Below, piece by piece: positions 60,281-64,000 of a DNA stretch of 64,000 bases. The translations under genes were made by a program, and so were the position numbers. Source of the DNA: an uncultured Gammaproteobacteria bacterium (GTDB lineage Bacteria > Patescibacteriota > Microgenomatia > UBA12405). How positions within the stretch are numbered: position 1 is the stretch's first letter; every line of letters begins with the position of its first letter. The notes beneath the pieces were generated by a model, which was given only the letters and a program-made list of their open reading frames with translations, did no database searches and was not told the DNA's origin. The stretch covers positions 13,080-77,079 of the forward strand of contig CAYXDV010000004.1 in the NCBI GenBank assembly GCA_964463925.1, read 5' to 3'.

Positions 60281-61204
60281 TTATAAAAACACAAATAACC
60301 CCGATAGAAGTGCTCCTAACAACTGAATTACTCCTATGAAGGCAGATAAGGCTAACAACGGCTCTACTGCAAATCCCATCGGAACAAAAAATAATTTATA
60401 CATTGCCTCTCTTGCTCCAAAACCACCAAAACTGATAGGGAATGCCAAAAAAAGACTGATTATCGGCATGTACACATATATAGCCAGAATTGGCAATCCT
60501 GGAACAAAAAAAATGGAAGAAAAAACAATTGGTAGAATCCAAACAATTTGAGCAAATACTGAAACCATAACAGCTATAAAAATCGTTTTTCTTTGTTCCT
60601 GCCTAAATGCTTGATCAATCCTAATCAGTTTATCTAAATATTTATTTTTACCAAGAAATCGTTCAAAATCAAATGCCAGTAAAAGCAAATAAAAAATAAT
60701 TATGCCCACAAAAAGCATGGTTATCATTAACTCGGCTTCAAATACGAGCTTGTATTTGAAAAATTTAGAAATTATCAAAGATATGAATCCCATTATCCCT
60801 AAAGTAGACAAGCCTATCACTCGGTCGACTAAAATAGAAGCTAAAATTTTTCCTTTTGGAATATTCGCAAAGCTTGAAGCATTTTTTACCCACTTTATAC
60901 CATCGCCAGCCAGTGGCGTGGGCAAGAACATAGAATAAAAACTAGCCACATTAGCATTTTTGTACATTGTTAGAAGCTGTCTAAAACTAGGTTGTCCAAA
61001 CAACACAATTCCCCAGCGAACCACAGCCAAAAAACCAACCAAAAAAGTGTAAATCAACAAAAAAATCACGAACCAAAGCGGAACTTTTGAGATTCGATTA
61101 AAAACACTAACAAAATCAACAGTTTTGTATACATAGTACAAGGCCACTGCCGATAAACCAAGCTGTACCACACGATTGTTTAAAAGATTTATAATTTTAT
61201 GCAT
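60281..61204 (-). CDS. Flippase-like domain membrane protein (LPG-synthase-TM/UPF0104-like)
   Basis: 307 aa, 7-8 TM helices; N-terminus LGLSAVALYYVYKTVDFVSVFNRISKVPLWFVIFLLIYTFLVGFLAVVRWGIVL resembles the flippase-like domain pattern. Confidence 0.5.
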   Translation of the reverse strand: MHKIINLLNNRVVQLGLSAVALYYVYKTVDFVSVFNRISKVPLWFVIFLLIYTFLVGFLAVVRWGIVLFGQPSFRQLLTMYKNANVASFYSMFLPTPLAGDGIKWVKNASSFANIPKGKILASILVDRVIGLSTLGIMGFISLIISKFFKYKLVFEAELMITMLFVGIIIFYLLLLAFDFERFLGKNKYLDKLIRIDQAFRQEQRKTIFIAVMVSVFAQIVWILPIVFSSIFFVPGLPILAIYVYMPIISLFLAFPISFGGFGAREAMYKLFFVPMGFAVEPLLALSAFIGVIQLLGALLSGLFVFL

Positions 61205-62234
61205 GCGAATATTAGCATTATCACATATTTTCCCTCCAGCTATCGATGGTGGCAGTCAGATTGTCTATCAAGCTGCTAAAAGTTTGCAGGATAGGGGACA
61301 CATCCTTCATTTTTTAAGCAGTAGTCATGCTTCCACAGACACATTTATACAAAATCCACCAGGGCGAGTATTAAGAAAGCTTGGTCAACCACCAGGACCT
61401 ATTTTGAACCCCCTAAAAATCATCAAAGCAATATTCTTTAGGCCGCAAATTATCATCGCTGGACCGCTACCTACTTCTATAATTTTTTATGCCAGATTTT
61501 TACAGCTTATGACTGGGTCAAAAGTCATATTTATACCTTGTTTTCACCCTGATAATCAGGATTTTTACAAAAAAGGTTCACTCGATTTGCTAAAACACTT
61601 TTCGCTTTGGACCTTTACTGATTTTGAAGCGGCAATATTAAAACCTTATTCACTGGATATTAAAACTCATTTTCCTGGTATCTTGCAATTGTTTTTTGAC
61701 GCCAAAACTATTCCAAAAATAATTACAAAAAAACGTAAAATATTATTCTTAGGCAATTTTGCCGCCCACAAAGGTATCTTGCCACTAATCCAATCTGTTA
61801 AATATCTACCTAAAAGCTTTTATTTGACACTGTGTGGACAACCGACACTTTACAGTAAATCCTTGGAAAAATTTTCTTCTAACTCTAGGTTAAAAATAAT
61901 ACCTCAAAAGTACTCAGCCAAAGAGGCTATCGTGCTTTTAGACCAGCACGACTTATTAGTTTTGCCTTCTCACGAAGAAAGCTTTGGTTTGGTCTTTGCC
62001 GAGGCATTGTCTAGGAAAGTTCCAGTCTTAGGGTTAAAACAATCTAGTACCACCGAGGTGTTTTCAAAATTAAAAACTGGTTATCAATTAAATAATTTAG
62101 GCCCAAAAGAACTAGCAACTGCAATTAAGTTAGCCGCAGAACAAAAAGTTACCCCCGCAACCTACACACTAGTACACCAGCTTTGTTCATGGGAAAATGT
62201 TGCTATATGGCTAGAAAGGGAATTCTTATCTTAG
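61203..62234 (+). CDS. GT4 (glycosyltransferase group 1) enzyme
   Basis: MRILALSHIFPPAIDGG (typical GT4 N-terminus) and ESFGLVFAEALSRKVPVLG. Confidence 0.75.
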   Translation: MRILALSHIFPPAIDGGSQIVYQAAKSLQDRGHILHFLSSSHASTDTFIQNPPGRVLRKLGQPPGPILNPLKIIKAIFFRPQIIIAGPLPTSIIFYARFLQLMTGSKVIFIPCFHPDNQDFYKKGSLDLLKHFSLWTFTDFEAAILKPYSLDIKTHFPGILQLFFDAKTIPKIITKKRKILFLGNFAAHKGILPLIQSVKYLPKSFYLTLCGQPTLYSKSLEKFSSNSRLKIIPQKYSAKEAIVLLDQHDLLVLPSHEESFGLVFAEALSRKVPVLGLKQSSTTEVFSKLKTGYQLNNLGPKELATAIKLAAEQKVTPATYTLVHQLCSWENVAIWLEREFLS

Positions 62235-62668
62235 TTTTATTTACCTTAAGTTTTTTAATCTATTTAAAATTCAGTACACAAGCTACAAAACCAGCTAAAT
62301 TTTCAAAACTCATACTAAAAGATAAGATTATCCAATTAGAAGTGGCCGATACTGATAATCTAAGAGCCCTTGGTTTATCAAACAGGACCAGTTTGTGTCA
62401 AAATTGCGGCATGATTTTTACCTTTACAAACCCAGGAATTTATCCATTTTGGATGAAAGACACTCTAATTCCCTTAGATATGCTTTGGCTTGACGAAAAT
62501 TTCAAAATCACAACAATCCACACGGCACTTCCAGAACCAAATCATTCTACTTGGGAGCTTACTTTGTACCAAAACGACACACCTTCCAAATACGTCCTAG
62601 AACTAAATCAGAATTTTGCTAAAAACAATGGATTAAAAATAGGAGGTCAACTTGAAATTCGCCTTTAG
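62183..62668 (+). CDS. DUF192 (COG1430) family protein with an N-terminal TM anchor
   Basis: LEVADTDNLRALGLSNRTSL...CGMIFTF...PFWMKDTLIPLDMLWLDEN matches the DUF192 signature (GLM.R..L...GMLF.F...FWMKNT.IPLD). Confidence 0.65.
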   Translation: MFMGKCCYMARKGILILVLFTLSFLIYLKFSTQATKPAKFSKLILKDKIIQLEVADTDNLRALGLSNRTSLCQNCGMIFTFTNPGIYPFWMKDTLIPLDMLWLDENFKITTIHTALPEPNHSTWELTLYQNDTPSKYVLELNQNFAKNNGLKIGGQLEIRL

Positions 62669-63443
62669 TATTATTATTCCAAATTACAACGGCAAAAAAT
62701 TTTTAAAAGAATGTCTTAGTTCAATCAAGAAACAAAAATATCAACCAATAGAAATTATTATAGTCGACAATTGCTCTACTGATTCTAGTCTAAAACTCCT
62801 AGCAAACTTCCGAAGCCTAATAATATTAGAAAATTCTCAAAATGTTGGTTTTGGACAAGCAGTCAATCAAGCTGCACAAGTAGCCAAATATCCGCATTTA
62901 ATAGTCTTGAATAATGATGTAATTTTGGAAAGTAATTGGATAGACAAAATTTCCCAAACCATAGAGAAAAACCCAAATTTTTTTGCTTACTGTGGCATTA
63001 TTTTAAAACCAGACAAAACTATCGAAAATACTGGCTTTGATTTTTACCATTTTGGACGTGCAACTTTACGTCAGCAAACAAAATCAACTGCTATTTGGGG
63101 TGCGCCGGCTACCGCCACAATTTACAACAAAGAAAAATTCCAACAGTTAAATGGTTTTTCACCAAGCTATTTTGCCTATATTGAAGACGTAGATCTTCAC
63201 TATAGGGCCAATAAATATAAATTCCAAACTTATTTTTCAAACAACATATATGCAACTCATTATGGTGGGGGAACCGCTGGCAAGGACACTGTTTTTAGAG
63301 CCTGGCACAGTTTCAAAGGCTGGCTAATTTTTATCAAACAAAATTATTCTTTTAAAGAAATTATTCAAAATTTTCCAGAGATTACAACTGAACGCCTCCG
63401 CAACATTAGCTATTTACTTAGATGTTTAGTAAAAGTAAAATAA
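62652..63443 (+). CDS. GT2 glycosyltransferase
   Basis: FSIIIPNYNGKKFLKECLSSIKKQKY...IIIVDNCSTDSS...VLNNDVIL. Confidence 0.8.
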   Translation: MKFAFSIIIPNYNGKKFLKECLSSIKKQKYQPIEIIIVDNCSTDSSLKLLANFRSLIILENSQNVGFGQAVNQAAQVAKYPHLIVLNNDVILESNWIDKISQTIEKNPNFFAYCGIILKPDKTIENTGFDFYHFGRATLRQQTKSTAIWGAPATATIYNKEKFQQLNGFSPSYFAYIEDVDLHYRANKYKFQTYFSNNIYATHYGGGTAGKDTVFRAWHSFKGWLIFIKQNYSFKEIIQNFPEITTERLRNISYLLRCLVKVK

Positions 63444-63446
63444 AAC

Positions 63447-63695
63447 ATGTCTCATACTAGGGAAGAAATATTAAATAGACAGAGGGATCAGCTTTTGAGT
63501 GGAGTCGCTCGTTTGACAGTTGATGACGAAGGTCATGCTATTCATCGCAACATGCCGCCAAAGAATCTACCAGGTAGGCATTCACACCGAAGATGCTATC
63601 CAAGCTCCGCTAGACGGATCAGTTTTGATTTTGATCCTAATGGGATATTGTATATAGACGGAACACGCGTAGATACTTCTCTGCATAAAACATGA
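63447..63695 (+). CDS. Small hypothetical ORF with atypical (Arg/His-rich, apparently higher-GC) composition
   Basis: 82-aa ORF only; no motifs; its composition differs visibly from the neighbouring Lys/Asn-rich genes. Confidence 0.2.
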   Translation: MSHTREEILNRQRDQLLSGVARLTVDDEGHAIHRNMPPKNLPGRHSHRRCYPSSARRISFDFDPNGILYIDGTRVDTSLHKT

Positions 63696-64000
63696 TCATC
63701 GGCATCGATATTTCCAGTATTCCCTATGGCACCGGAGTATCCGAATATACCAGGCAGTTAGTTTTAAACCTTTTACTAATCGACTCCAAAAACCAATACA
63801 AACTCTTCTTTGGTTCATTGCGCCAAAAGCTTCCTGTTGATTTCTTAAATCAAATTAAAAAACATCCAAACTGCAAACTCTATTCTTATCCTTTACCACC
63901 AACTCTTTTAGATTTATTGTGGAACAAGCTACATATTCTCCCAATAGAATATTTCATTGGATCTTGTGATATTTTTCATACCAGTGATTGGACTCAGCCA
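63692..64000 (+). CDS. GT4 (glycosyltransferase group 1) enzyme, N-terminal fragment continuing beyond the window
   Basis: MIIGIDISSIPYGTGVSEYTRQLV... is the typical GT4 N-terminal domain start; start overlaps the upstream stop. Confidence 0.55.
   Translation, partial: MIIGIDISSIPYGTGVSEYTRQLVLNLLLIDSKNQYKLFFGSLRQKLPVDFLNQIKKHPNCKLYSYPLPPTLLDLLWNKLHILPIEYFIGSCDIFHTSDWTQP

Overview
The window is densely coding, AT-rich bacterial DNA (standard genetic code, TGA used as stop). Gene starts and stops overlap throughout, and several convergent gene pairs overlap at their 3' ends, as in a small compact genome. The gene content (LCP protein, sortase-type sorting signal, FtsEX plus a secreted coiled-coil peptidase, lipobox lipoprotein, very many GT-C enzymes) fits a monoderm, possibly Patescibacteria/CPR-like organism; that placement is inference only.

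Positions 1-16.4 kb are housekeeping and cell-envelope genes: a lysS 3' end, a VKOR-like thiol oxidoreductase, serS, secA, a HIT hydrolase, nadK and typA/bipA on the minus strand, a cyclophilin lipoprotein, prfB, an LCP ligase, and an ftsE-ftsX module followed by a PcsB-like hydrolase with a C39-like peptidase domain.

From about 16.4 kb to the window end lies a roughly 47 kb glycan/glycoconjugate assembly island of about 45 genes. It holds about 14 GT2, about 6 GT4 and about 13 large polytopic GT-C-like membrane enzymes. At least 5 of the GT-C enzymes are PMT_2/ArnT-like, and one is a TMTC-like membrane protein with TPR repeats. There are three DPM1/GtrB-like GT2 plus GT-C modules, a Wzx-type flippase, a Wzm/Wzt ABC exporter followed by a 1031-aa methyltransferase/coiled-coil/GT4/GT2 fusion, a B12-binding radical SAM enzyme, methyltransferases, a hexapeptide acetyltransferase, a flippase-like protein and a DUF192 protein. 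The island contains no recognisable priming phosphoglycosyltransferase or nucleotide-sugar synthesis genes.

No rRNA, tRNA, CRISPR or transposase was seen.
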